Of a stretch of 64,000 bases of DNA, positions 1 through 11,876 are shown piece after piece. The translations under genes and the position numbers were made by a program. Source of the stretch: Octopus sinensis (Eukaryota); NCBI RefSeq assembly GCF_006345805.1, contig NC_042999.1, positions 130,882,001-130,946,000 on the forward strand, read 5' to 3'. The notes below the pieces were generated by a model, which had not been told where the DNA came from, did not search any database, and saw nothing but the letters and a program-made list of their open reading frames with translations. Within the stretch, counting starts at the first letter, position 1; every line of letters starts with the position of its first letter.

Positions 1-2615
1 CATCCTCTGCAGCAATGGCTCAAGAGTCAGTACATACAGAAGCGGAGACAGGGGGCACCCTTGACGAACTGAGCACTTGATCTCAAACACCTCTGATAGG
101 TAACTGTTTATTTGGACTGTGGATTTGATGCCACCATAAATGGCCTTGATTCAACTGCGAAAATCCGAGCCTAGCCCAGCCACCTCAAGGACTGTCGCCA
201 GGTACTGGTGGTCTACCTTATCGAAAGCTTTACTTTGATCTAAATGGACCAATGCCCCACCTTTACCGAATACTTTACCCTCCCTGTCTAAAGTGTAGCA
301 TAAGAGATGAAGATTGTCCTGGATTGACCTGCCTGGGATGGCGCATGTCTGCACCTTCTCTACAAGTTTCTCCACGACACACGTCAAACTTTTTGCTAAC
401 ACCTTGGCCAAAATTTTTAACTCTACATTGAGTAGAGTTATGGGCCTAAAGTTACTAATATGATACCTCTTGCTCAGGTCTTTTCTGGTCAGTGTCACCA
501 CTCCCTGACTTACAGAGCTGGGAATCCTCCCATTCTGCTGCCAGTTCGTATAGATGCAAGCCAGTAAGTGTCCAAACAAATCCAGCATACTATGATAAAA
601 TTCATAGGGCAGACCATCCAGCCCTGATGACTCATTCCCAGTGCATTCAGCCAGCACCTCCTCAACCTCCGCAGCTGTAATCAGCCCTTCACAACATTCC
701 ACCTCCTGTACCAAGAGTCATGGCCCGATGGCGAGGAAGTCCTTTAGGGATTCCCCACAATCCAGTGCCCCTCTTATCCCAAACAACCAGGCGACATGCC
801 CCTGCTTGTCAATCAAAGACTTTATAGAGGCTTCACCTGCCTCTCCAACTTTCTACATGACATGCCCATCCTGCAACATTAATACCTTCTCTACCCGCCA
901 CCCGTAACGTAGCCCTGACTCTACACCCTTCGTGTTTGGGTTTGAGATGACAGAATAGCACCGCCATTACTCTGGATGAAGAGCCAGATTCCATGACCTC
1001 TAATTCCTTAATTAGATTCCTTTCTATTCTAGTCTTCTCTAAACTTAGCTGTTTACTAAAGCTAAGAGACTCAGAATGAATGGCTTGCTTGAGGGCACAC
1101 TACCATCTATTATTAATGATGGTACTGCATAATACCTTCTGCACTAACTCCTTAACCCAGGCATGGAAGACTTTACAAGTCAAAATAGACTTGTTCATCT
1201 TCCAGTACCTTGGTCCCTGTCTATGACACTTAACTAGGTGCACCTCACACGTCACAAATTTGTGATCCATGTAAGTTACACAATAAAAGCGTAGACAACT
1301 AAACGTATTCCCATCTCTCTCTTACAAATATCCTATCTAAATAAAATCTATATGAACTGTCGTTATTAGACCAGGTCCACTGTGGAACGACCGGTTCATC
1401 CAGTCTATATTAATCTACTAGGTTATAGCTGCCTAGCAGCCTTTTAAGGCTAGGACTTCCCCTTCTATCAAGCCAACTCTATCCACCTGTGCGTCGAGGA
1501 TAGTGTTAAAGTCTCCTGCTAAAACTAGAGTTTTTGATGTCACCAGAAAGCACTCCTGGTCTCGAAAAAATCCAGCTTGTCTACACTCCCTAGGAGTGTA
1601 AACAGCTACCAACCTGAAGGACTGCTTACTTGCGTGTTTCACATCTAGGATGACCAGCCTACCTTCTGGGTCCAGAAAGACTGTACTTACCCGTACATCC
1701 AAGTTTTTTTCTGAACAAGACCACCACACTCCCTCCTCCCTGTCAACTAGTAGAAATAAATTTCTCATGGCCATTTAGCAGAGGTGAGAACGCCTGTGGC
1801 CCATTCAGCTTGGACTCAGTCACTACACATATATCAATTTCTAGTAACTTGAGGTCGTTCAGGAGACAAGTATGCTTCCATTTCAACACCAGGCCACAAG
1901 CATTTATACAACCAAACTTAATTTCCATGGTAAAAATTTTTTAAAAACTTACATTTTAAGTATGGGAAGGGGCTGCACGAATTTGCCAACCTCCCCTTCC
2001 TTTTCTTTCTGAGGTATAGCCACTGGGCTAAGCACAAATCTTGTTGGCCATCTCTTGGCTAACATCTTGTATGTCCTGCGGGTATCTCACTTTAGATTGT
2101 TCAAATAGTTCTGCCAACAGTATATTCAGTGGCATACCTTGTATTGGTTGAAAAATATACATTTTTTTATGTGAAGTTATTATTCTTTCTAGAACACTAT
2201 TTTTGTCATTGTACTTCACAATCCTTTCTCCTAGTGCATTTTTTTAGGGATGGAGTTGGTGGTGAGTTTCAACTTGGGTGTGGATGGGGGAGTTTTTTCT
2301 GTGTGTTTGCGTTTTGTGTAGATATTTTCTTTGTCAGGGGAGGGGGGTCTGGGGCATGGGTTTTTTTTCTTTTATGTGAAACCACTGTAGTAAATTCCAT
2401 TTCCTCTTCGACTTCCTTCTGTTGAGTGTTTTCTATGTTTTGTTTATTCCTTTCTTCCTTTTTTCTTGTGATGCTTTCCATCGCTTTCTTGTTACTTTCT
2501 TTTTGGGGAGGGACTTTAGCCTTTTTCTGTTGTTGTTTTTTTAATTTTGTCACACTCCGAGCAGACATGCCCTTTTACTCCGCATTTAAAACATTTGGGT
2601 CTACATCCCTCATTT
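1..2615 (-). mobile_element. Degraded L1/Tx1-clade non-LTR retrotransposon (ORF1 with CCHC knuckle, APE endonuclease, RT; runs off window start)
   Basis: RT motifs in ORF 151-714 (GLDGLPYEFY, NFRPITLLNVELKILAK, LDQSKAFDKVDH). APE motifs in 1433-1928 (KFGCINACGL, LVAVYTP, LAGDFN). CFKCGVKGHVCSEC zinc knuckle read on minus strand at about 2552-2593. Multiple stops and frameshifts. Confidence 0.9.
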
Positions 2616-2685
2616 AAGTGGCAAATATACTTCACAATGTCATGCAGTTACTTTTTATACCTCATTTATATATATATATATATAT

Positions 2686-2865
2686 AAATAAATATAAGAG
2701 AGTGGTCACTATATGGCTCACTCTAGCACCAGTTAATCCAAAAGGTTTCAACCACAAAAATATATGTTTCCCATGAAAGTCAGTACGATTGTTAGCTCAC
2801 ACGGACAGGGCAAATAAAAAATAACAAAAATACAGATTATAGTGACCACTCTCTTATATTTATTT
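2686..2865. repeat. Perfect 28-bp inverted repeat around a 124-bp spacer
   Basis: aaataaatataagagagtggtcactata (2686-2713) is the exact reverse complement of 2838-2865. Confidence 0.9.
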
Positions 2866-3008
2866 TGTAAAAATATTATAATATATTATAAAATATTATA
2901 ATAATCCAGGTTTCTCGGAGCACTAGGCCACTTGGTGTTGAATAGATATACTATTAAATTAGTATCTAATTCTCTCACCCTTATTAATTAATTATATATA
3001 TATATATA

Positions 3009-3364
3009 TTCGAAATGAGGAGTAGACAGACAGCCAACAACTGATGAAGGGTCGTTCTTTATGCTACTTGTTCTGTTTTCCATTTGTTTCTCTCGTTTGC
3101 ATTATTGAACTCATTTGTTTTCATATTTCATGTTGTTTGCTGTTGGTGTCATCCTATACCCATGCATATATATATATATATATATATTCGAAATGAGGAG
3201 TAGACAGACAGCCAACAACTGATGAAGGGTCGTTCTTTATGCTACTTGTTCTGTTTTCCATTTGTTTCTCTCGTTTGCATTATTGAACTCATTTGTTTTC
3301 ATATTTCATGTTGTTTGCTGTTGGTGACATCCTATACCCATGCATATATATATATATATATATA
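3009..3364. repeat. Tandem duplication of a 178-bp unit ending in (TA)n; diverged partial third copy near 3630-3715
   Basis: ttcgaaatgaggagtagacagacagcc... starts at 3009 and again at 3187, near-identical. Confidence 0.9.
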
Positions 3365-3789
3365 TTTATGCATATATGTCTTGCAAACAACTTGCACATG
3401 CAAGTGCTACCATTCGAGACCAGAAACCAGCAAGTGTATGGGGTCATCAGGAAGGAATGCATGCCGTTTCGGGGCCTACCTCTCGACAGCATCAGTGCGC
3501 ACCATACCCACTCACTGTTAAGAGGCCCTGCTTGCTAGATCAGCTGGTTATCAAATAAAGCTCAATATTTCTCTAGCCATTGCTCATTGTCTCTTTTTAA
3601 CCAAATCCAGCAGTTAGCCTTCTCCACTGTTTCTCTTGTTTGCATATTGAACTCATCTGTTTTCGTATTTCATGTTGTTTACTGTTGGAGACATCTTGTA
3701 CCCATATCCCATATATGCATATGTATGTATGTATGCGTATATATATATATATATATGTGATTCTTTGGTTTTGATAATCAAATCAAAAT

Positions 3790-4211
3790 CAAAATCGATC
3801 CACATCAATGGAATTTGTAGTTTGTGGTACCAGTGCCAGTGGCACATAAGAGAACCATCCGAACGTGGCCGTAGCCAGCACCGCATCGACTGGCCTCCGT
3901 GCTGGTGGCACGTAACAAACACCATCCGATCGTGGCCGTGCCAGCCCCGCCGGGCCTCCGTGCCGGTGGCACGGAAAAAACACCATCCGAGCGTGGCCGT
4001 TCGCCAGCCTCGTCTGGCACCTGTGTCGGTGGCACATAAAAAGCACCCACTACACTCACGGAGTGGTTGGCATTAGGAAGGGCATCCAGCTGTAGAAACA
4101 CCGCCAGATCTGACTGGCCTGGTACAGCCTTCGGGCTCCCCAGACCCCAGTTAAACCGTCCAACGCATGTTAGCATGGAAAGCAGACGTTAAACGATGAT
4201 GATGATGATGA

Positions 4212-4213
<2 letters not shown>
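3790..4213 (+). mobile_element. 3' UTR/tail fragment of RTE-clade LINE (tandem ~60-bp units, (GAT)n tail)
   Basis: Homologous to the sequence downstream of the RTE ORF at 23300-23748: gtggcacgtaaaaagcacc units, aggaagggcatccagctgtagaaac, (gat)n. Confidence 0.85.
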
Positions 4214-4271
<58 letters not shown>

Positions 4272-4814
4272 CAATAAGAAAATAGAGGGGATCAATAGGT
4301 GGTTCATCAACTTTTAGACATTATATTATGCTAACTTATTTATTCATTTACTAAACTGACAATTACAAGAATATACATACATGTATAACATATTATGCTT
4401 TACATATAAGATATAAAATATATTAATATATAAAGCATCTAACAAATTCTATGAATAGATTCATTCACTCTAAAGATTAATTCCTTAATATATGTATCTT
4501 TAGGTGGGATAGGTATATCCTTCAGTGATGAGTCCATCTTTATCAACTCCATTTTTCCAGCAGTATTCATTTTGAGGGTCCACTATACCATACTCAAATG
4601 CACTCACTCTCATAAGCAATGTTATAAATAATGCAGAGATAGTTTATACACATACAAGTATTAGTAATAGATAGTCCTCATTTAATTATTATTTTAACTC
4701 CAATAAAGTTAGAGGTTGTGAATCCAACCAACTAAAGGATAATATCTATCCTATATACTGCTGGTAGAACTTTGTCAAGGCGTAATTAGTGAAGGGGAGA
4801 GTCAAATGCCTTCT

Positions 4815-5045
4815 TAAATTATAGTCATACAGAGAGTATACTTCGATGATGTTGTTTTGCTTCCTTAAGGGCAGTTTTATTAATAAAGAGTTTTTTAGCA
4901 CTGACACCGGACTTCTTTTTATTCCTTCCTACTTGTTCATCTGTCACTACATTATTTCGCAGTAACCCTGAAAGTATGCAATGCAGAACATTTAAGCATG
5001 CTATGGGCCTGAAGATTTCCACCACTTATATTTCCTGGGTTTTAG
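4815..5045 (-). pseudogene. RT fragment of R4/R2-like non-LTR element
   Basis: FRPIACLNVLHCILSGLL...EQVG...LFINKTALKEAK resembles the RT region of the elements at 11.9-15.1 kb. Confidence 0.6.
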
Positions 5046-5136
5046 CTATGAGTGTTGTACGTGCAACTGGAAGCCAAGTTAACATTTCATGTATGTATAG
5101 ATGGTGGGGGGTGCAGAAGTCTTTCCAACGTAACTA

Positions 5137-5757
5137 TACGGACGCTAGTCGGAAAGACTTCAGCCTGTCCCCATCATTTGTTTATTTTTCTAATATTTTT
5201 GCTAAAAATCCCCGTTTTCGGATACAGAGGTTCTGGAAAATTGCTAAAAATCTGCATAGTGAAATTTCACCTCCCTCCTTTCCCCCAACTTCTTCAATTT
5301 TACCTTTTTTCCCCAAAACTAACCCTAACCCTAACCCTAACCCTTAAACTCTAACCCTAACCCTTAAACCCTAACCTTAACCCTAAAACCGTAACCGTAA
5401 GTACAAAAATGTTTTAAAATTTTTTTCCGACTCCCTATTTTTCCGCATATTTAGAAAAAGAGAAATTCCTAAAAAAAATTTTACAAAGATTTTTGGAAAT
5501 TTTTTTCAGAATCACAATGTCCGTATTTTCCTGCATATTTTGAAAAAAAAAATTGTGAAAAAAGTCAGAAATGAAGGAAATGGGGGTGGGGTGGGGTGGG
5601 GTGGTAATTTAGAAACGTCGATTTTTGCCAATTTTTATGCAGATTCGTATTCCCCGTAGCCGAAAAAGTGGGGTTTGTGTCTGTGTCGAAAAAAAAAAAT
5701 TTAAGGGTTGTTTTTTTGTGGTGGGAGGACGGACGGAAGTCTTCCCATTACGTCTAC
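5137..5757. mobile_element. Non-autonomous element with imperfect terminal inverted repeats and internal (TAACCC)n tract
   Basis: Left end gacgctagtcggaaagacttcagcctgtccc resembles the reverse complement of the right end (gacgtaatgggaagacttccgtccgtccc). Telomere-like repeats at 5319-5400. CpG-rich relative to flanks. Confidence 0.55.
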
Positions 5758-5869
5758 CATATACCACTCACAAGGAGATATTCGTCTAAGATGTTGCAAA
5801 GTGGTATAGAAATGTAGAATCATATGAACTTCAAAAAATATGGACATGATTTGCGGGATATTTGGTTGC

Positions 5870-6470
5870 TATTTCTACTATGACCATTAACCGCACTGGA
5901 ACGCGTATTCATATTTATGTGTATGACAAGTTCGTATGCAGTCGAAGGGAGAGAACTTTGTCTTAATTACGTTATTCGCGAAAATAATAATTATGTCCCT
6001 TTAAAAGGTTTTATTTTATTTATTTATTTTTTTTTGTCTTTTCAGTTGCATAATTCGAACCCAGGGAAGAATCGTAACTGCGAATTATTTCTGAATATAT
6101 TTTGATAAGACACTAAATAATCTTTCGTCAACTCTTCTCTGGGGCTCAACATTCTGAGAGTTGATAACTGCACACGTATTTCACTTCCACGAGTGCCTTC
6201 CATTGAGAGTACATATTACTTTTCTCTTTATCACTGCATGATTCCACGTATATAACTATTCATAACTGAATTTATGTTTGTATTCTAGTTATTAATACCC
6301 GGCCGTCAGCCTTGTAAATGAGCTGTACACTCACAGTTTTGCTTAAATACCGATATGTAAAGAAACTGCTAATGTATTTCGTATGTTAGAAGGGAGGTAA
6401 GCGCGTCTTGATTCGTTATAACCACGATGATAATAGTCGGTTCGATCTTCTTACAAGATACCGAAAACTT
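5870..6470 (+). promoter_or_regulatory. CpG-enriched unique patch with strong splice donor (possible promoter/first non-coding exon)
   Basis: Many CG dinucleotides versus a CpG-poor background; GAG|GTAAGC donor at 6396/6397. No transcript evidence. Confidence 0.35.
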
Positions 6471-6589
6471 TGTTGTTTCACCCATTGGCCTAATTTTATA
6501 GCGAGAGTAAATAGTGTATCTATTAAACATGAATATGATTCTGCATACACATCTATTACTAACTTTAATTTGTTTGAGTATCTTAATAT

Positions 6590-6760
6590 CATCATCATCA
6601 TCACTTAACGTCCACTTTTCCATGCTTGCATGGATCAGATAGACTTCATTTGAAGCAAATGTTCGGCCGAACACGCTTCCTGTCGCCATCCCTCACCTGT
6701 ATCCGAGCAAGGTAATATTACTCAGTGACCAGACCAGTTCTAACCCAATATTAGAAATGA
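6590..6760 (-). mobile_element. SINE-like repeat with RTE-type (GAT)n tail
   Basis: (atc)n followed by acttaacgtccacttttccatgcttgcatgg. Related pieces near 35660-35815, 39150-39230 and 46590-46790. Confidence 0.6.
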
Positions 6761-6841
6761 ATAACAGATTTTGTACAGTAACACACACACACACACACAT
6801 TAATTTATAATTAGAAGACAAAGACGAAAAAAATGTTTACT

Positions 6842-7235
6842 GGCACAGGCATGGCTGTACAGTAAGAAGTTTGTTTCCCAACCACATGTTTCAGGTTCAG
6901 TCCTACTGCATGGCACCATGGGCAAGTGTCTTCTATTGCCTCAGACCAATTAAAGCCTTGTAAGTAGATTTGGTAGACGGAAACTGAAAGAAACCCATCA
7001 CATATATATCTATATGTTTGTATCTTTGAGTCTGTTTGTCTCCCACCAGTGCTTGACAACAGTGTTGGTGTGTTTACGTCCTCCTAACTTAGCGGTTCAG
7101 CATGTGGCAAAAGAGACAATGGAATAAGTATAAGGCTTAAAAGTAAAAAGTACTGGGATTGTTCATTTAATTAAAAATCCTATAAAATGATGCCTTAGTA
7201 TGGCCACAGTCTAATGACTGAAACAAGTAAAAAAA
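6842..7235 (+). mobile_element. tRNA-headed CORE-type SINE (central microsatellite, hairpin tail)
   Basis: Head with ggttcagtcc B-box-like motif, gggcaagtgtcttctattgcc core, tail atggccacagtctaatgactgaaacaagtaaa. Multiple copies in window. Confidence 0.85.
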
Positions 7236-7479
7236 TTCATTGACAGACTTCAATAAACACAATTAAATGTAATATATCTACAAGATGTCGAAAATACTGT
7301 ATTCACTACACATGTGGTAAATAATGCTTACTACACCAAACGACATCAATGTAAATCCATGGAAGTAATTTTATTTAATCATAAATCTCTCACTGTTTTG
7401 TCTATCAGTTCTGTTTCTTCTCTTTCTCTCTTACTTTCAGTGCAATACTACAATTAAGTAGTAGACTGAAGCGGTTGCA

Positions 7480-9000
7480 TTCATATAATACTCAACTACA
7501 AGGTCATAGGATTGATTGGGAAACTTTCACTGGTGACAAAGTGCAAATGATTTCCTTGACTTTGTCCTGGATTCAAACTAGGTCCAAGTATTCCCCTCCT
7601 TCACAATAGGTAACACTTTGGATCTGCTATTCACCATTGTTCCTTAAACTGCTATCAGCATTACTATCAGGGAATCTTTTGGTGACTGATTACACTATGA
7701 TCAGCACTGTCCATAATAGGTAGAAAGGAAACCATCACCACCACCACCACCTCCAAACTGCCTGCTTTGGCTGAAACAAAGCTGACTAGAACTCTTATTG
7801 TAGTGAATTACAAACATACAAACAGACTTGGATTTTCTGATTGCAAAGATGTCAATACACCCTTACATCAGCACATCTTTAATTACTTTAGGCCATCTAC
7901 AAAGTATCAGTAGCCGATAAACTCATTGGAAACCCCAATAGTGCTATATAAGGGACTGAAACAGTCTGCCTTACCAAGAAAGAATGATAAGATGCTGTAT
8001 GTGATTTCAGATTATGCCAAAAAAAAAAAAAAAAAAAGGCAAACCACTTCCCACACAACACCAATATCAAGAAGTCTGTTAGTGAACATGACTTAAGCAT
8101 TATTGTCAACAATGACCTGTTTTGAATGAATCAAATATCAAGCAGAAGACTAAAAAAGACACTACTTAAATTTGAGCCATGCATTGCAACAAACCCAGAG
8201 AATGTGTTCTAGAAATATGTGCATTCAAAACAGAGGCTTTATTCTATAGGTGACTCACTGTGCAATCCTTCCATGCATTAGATTACTGATGATCTTAAAG
8301 AGTGCACAAAATTTGTTGCCAAATGCTATGCTAGACACACCATCTTCACTGCTAATGACATCAACTTCCATAACATCTGTTGAATTTACTCCTGCATTGC
8401 TGTAATGTTATCTCAAACATATAAGCAACTATGTCTCCCCTGAAGAATGTTACAGAAATGACATTAAGCTATATTTTCAGATGATAAAAACAGATCCTGA
8501 GATCTTTCCTGAAGTTTGACCTGGACACAATGTAACAAAGGATTACTGACTGGTAACACAAGCTGGCTGTAACCAAGTGCACCACAATTCATTATGGGAG
8601 GAAAAACTCAGAATTTACCTACTTCCCACACAACACCAATATCAAGAAGTCTGTTAGTGATCGTGACTTAGGCATTATTGTCAACAATGACCTGTTTTGA
8701 ATGAATCAAATTTCTGAATTTGTCAAAAACCTTTGTCAGCCACTCACCAGCTGTCTATTTAAAGCTATGTATAACTATAGTACGTCCACAATTACAGTTT
8801 ACATCTTCTGTTTCGAACCTTCATCTTGTCAAGTGTATCGATTAACTGTATCTGTTCAGAGATGTGCAATTAGATGAAGACACACTGTCAATCACTTATC
8901 ATATCTTAAACATATTGCTTCTCTCAGTTTTGATACACTAAATTTCAACATCTAGGTGATTTGTTTGAATCCCATAAGATTATTTCCCATCTTTTCAACA
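7480..9000 (+). mobile_element. Ancient degraded CR1/L2-like LINE remnants; includes 91-bp direct duplication 8046-8136 / 8621-8711
   Basis: Residual RT C-terminal-like pattern (gacttaggcattattgtc = DLGII) and an IDW-like motif; no ORF left. Confidence 0.45.
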
Positions 9001-9645
9001 ACTTTGTCCACCCTCTTTTGAATTCAATACCTCTACCATTCATGGACATGCTTATAAAATCCAAAAAATATTCCTAGTATGGATCTCCCAAAGTCCTTTA
9101 TGTACCAGCTAATTGATGCCATTTTCTCTTAGAGGAATCTGTGTCTCACATGTGTAAAAGAGCACAGGTAGAATGGTACTAAGTGACAGAAATGACTAAC
9201 ATATCTTATCTCATCTTTACCTACTTATTCCTGGGAGGGTTCATGGGGACACAATACTCAAGCACGCCTTCTGTCAGATGCAACCATCACAAATCGATCC
9301 AGCTTGATCCCAAAATGAAGCCAACCAAGTTCATGGATGTTATCCAACCCACTTGCCTGTGATCAACACCAGCACCTTTTGCCGATTAGTTTTGCCTGTG
9401 AAGCCTATCCAGAAATTCTTTCCTAATACATTCTTACCACATGTCTGTAACATCAGAACTGTAATCTCTCAATTCAGAGAAGTAGCAGCTCTACCTGGAG
9501 TGCCTCTCTCATCTCCAAGTTAAGCACTCTTTTAAGTAACCCTACTCCAAAGACTCTTCATTTTGTGTGGGAAATATTTCTTTAAAGGAAAAGTCAGAAA
9601 TTTAAAATGCTTTTTTCTATTCTTTTATGGTAATCATGCTAAATA

Positions 9646-10525
9646 CGAGGTCTAATCAATAAGTATCCAGACTGTTGCCTTAGTAACGAAACTAAAGTTT
9701 GCAGAGTGAAGCCACTTGACACATTGACCTTGACTTCTGCTGTGCATGTGCACTAAGTTTTAACATTGTAACTCACTTCCACTATTTACAACAGTGCTTG
9801 AAAGTAATGTGAGTAATGTGTGATCATCGCACTGACCATGACAAAGAAAGTTGTCATGGTGGTACCTGTTCAGAGGCCCATGCAAAGTTGCAGAAAGTGT
9901 ATGGAGAGGAGTGTATGAGCCACACACAAGTGTACGAGTGGTTCAGACGTTTTCCAAGATGGTAAAAAAAATGGTGATAGGGACAAACGTTCTGGGAGAC
10001 CTGCAACCAATAGAATAGAGAAAAACATCGCAGATGTGCATGCAGCTGTGAGGGGAAATCATTGAATCGCCATTTGTGTGTTATCAGAGGATGTGAAGAT
10101 TTGTTACAGTTCAGTTCAGTCCATTAACACTGAAGATATGGGTATGAGATGTGTGTCTGCCAAGTTTGTGCCAAAACTGCTTTCAGCTGACCAAAAAGAC
10201 ACCCGAGTTTCATTTGCTCAAGATCTCCTTGATTGTGTCGAGAAGGATGAAAACTTTTCATAGGCATCTGAGCAGGTATTGCCAAGCTTTTGGCAAAATT
10301 TGATTCAGATTCTCTGCTCAGCTTTCTCTGTCATGGTCAAAGTGACAAACACATACTACACACGTTACTTCCAAGCACTGCTGTAAACAGTGGAAGTGAA
10401 CTAAAGTGTTAAAACTGAGAGCACATGCACAGAAGAGTCCAAGGTCAATCTGTGCCAAACAGCTTTACTCTGTGTGCTTTAACTTCATTACTATGGCAAC
10501 AGTCCGGATATTTATTGATCAGACC
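9646..10525 (+). mobile_element. Mariner-derived non-autonomous element whose right end is an inverted copy of the left end
   Basis: TA + TIR cgaggtctaatcaataagtatccagac. Transposase HTH remnants (YEWFRRF, SVQSI...MRCVSAKFVPKLL...DENF). 10261-10525 is the reverse complement of the left ~260 bp. Confidence 0.9.
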
Positions 10526-11075
10526 ATCATCATCTGGAAAAGATTTTCTAACTAGAAAGAGTATGGCCTGGTCAGCCTGTAATGACATGCATAAGATCTG
10601 GTTATCACATCTAAGTAGAGACTTCAAACTTGAGATCTTCAAAGCCACAGTCAAACCAATTCTACTATATGGCTCAGAAACCTGGACGTTATCAAAGAAG
10701 CTTGAGAGGCAGTTGGATGGAACCTACGCTCACCTCCTTATGAGAGCTCAAAATCTCTCGTGGAAGCGTCATCCAACTAAAATGCAAATATATGGGAAAC
10801 TACCACCTGTGTCATCTCTGGTGAAAGGTAGGAAAGTCCAGTTTGCTGGACATTGTTGTAGAGCTGAAAACGAGGCAATTTCTACTCTTCTCTTCTGGAA
10901 GCCATCTACTCACAATACCAGAGGGCGCACACTCTCCTACCTTGATGTAATCTCCAGGGATACAGGCATCCAGCAACAGGACCTTCGTAATGCTATGATG
11001 GACCATGAAGTCTGGCGTAGCATGGTAAATTCCATTGTTTCAATCACGGTCGAACAATGATGATGATGATGACTT
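10526..11075 (+). mobile_element. 5'-truncated RTE-clade LINE 3' end with (GAT)n tail
   Basis: FKATVKPILLYGSETWTL...FAGHC in ORF 10425-11060; (tga)n tail right after the stop. Confidence 0.85.
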
Positions 11076-11689
11076 CTGTAATGCCTCAAGAATATTCTTT
11101 TGTATGAGAGAGGATTATGTGGACATCAATAAAGAAGTAAGAATTATTTCAAAGCCTTAAAAACTTGGTTACGACAATGTACAATGTAGTACTGGAGGTG
11201 ATGAAGGTAGCAGCTGCAGCAGAGGTGGAAATAGTAGTTGTCGTATTTGTTTTTCTATCAGTATATATCTACCATCAGGTTATCTAATGATCCCTCCCAT
11301 TTTTTTAGACTGTAGGGTATGACTTGAGGGAGTTTTAATTGGCTGTTAATACTAACAGGCCAGGCAACCATGTTAAGGCTGACTTCATTGTATATGGCTT
11401 GATATTACGGCATATTAAAGCCTTATCATTGAATGAAATGTACTATCAGAGTCTATATGAAATCAAACCTATATATTTTTTATAAATTTCTCCTTTCCCT
11501 TCTGTCTATATTCTTATCTCTCTCTATCAAATATCTCAAAAATCTATGGTTATTTGCCAACTGCTTTTTTCTGTGTATTGATTTATTTTATAGAATACAT
11601 ATTCAGGTTGTAACAGAATATGTAAATTGATAAAATCATTGCCACAGCTTTTGACTAACGAACTAAATGAAACAATCTAGTTTAAGTCT

Positions 11690-11876
11690 ATTATGTCTTG
11701 CTACATTCTGAGTTCAAATTCCACAAAGGTCAACTTTGTCTTTCATCCTTTCAGGGTCGATAAAATAAGTACCAGTTGAACACTGGGGTTGATGTAATCA
11801 ACTCATCCCCACCTCCACCAAGCTGCCCTTGTGGCAAAAAATTGAAGTAATTATTATTATTATTATTATTATTATT
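11690..11876 (+). mobile_element. tRNA-derived SINE with (ATT)n tail
   Basis: gagttcaaattcc B box; ctttcatcctttcagggtcgataaaataagtaccag central domain; same family as 16695-17295. Confidence 0.85.

Noticed and set aside
3430-3500. Minus-strand CCGAAAC...CUGAUGA as a type II hammerhead
   Set aside because: Stem II and the other stems could not be paired.
3830-4050. Repeat-spacer-like pattern suggestive of a CRISPR array
   Set aside because: Eukaryotic context, degenerate repeats, mutually related spacers, and it is the RTE 3' UTR.
5319-5400. True telomere or chromosome fusion site
   Set aside because: Short, degenerate and internal to a repeat element.
7441-7610. Plus-strand exon after a strong polypyrimidine tract
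   Set aside because: Frames hit stops and the content looks like a decayed LINE endonuclease region.
10425-11060. 211-aa ORF as a single gene
   Set aside because: Chimeric: the N-terminus is the mariner inverted end and the remainder is an RTE fragment.
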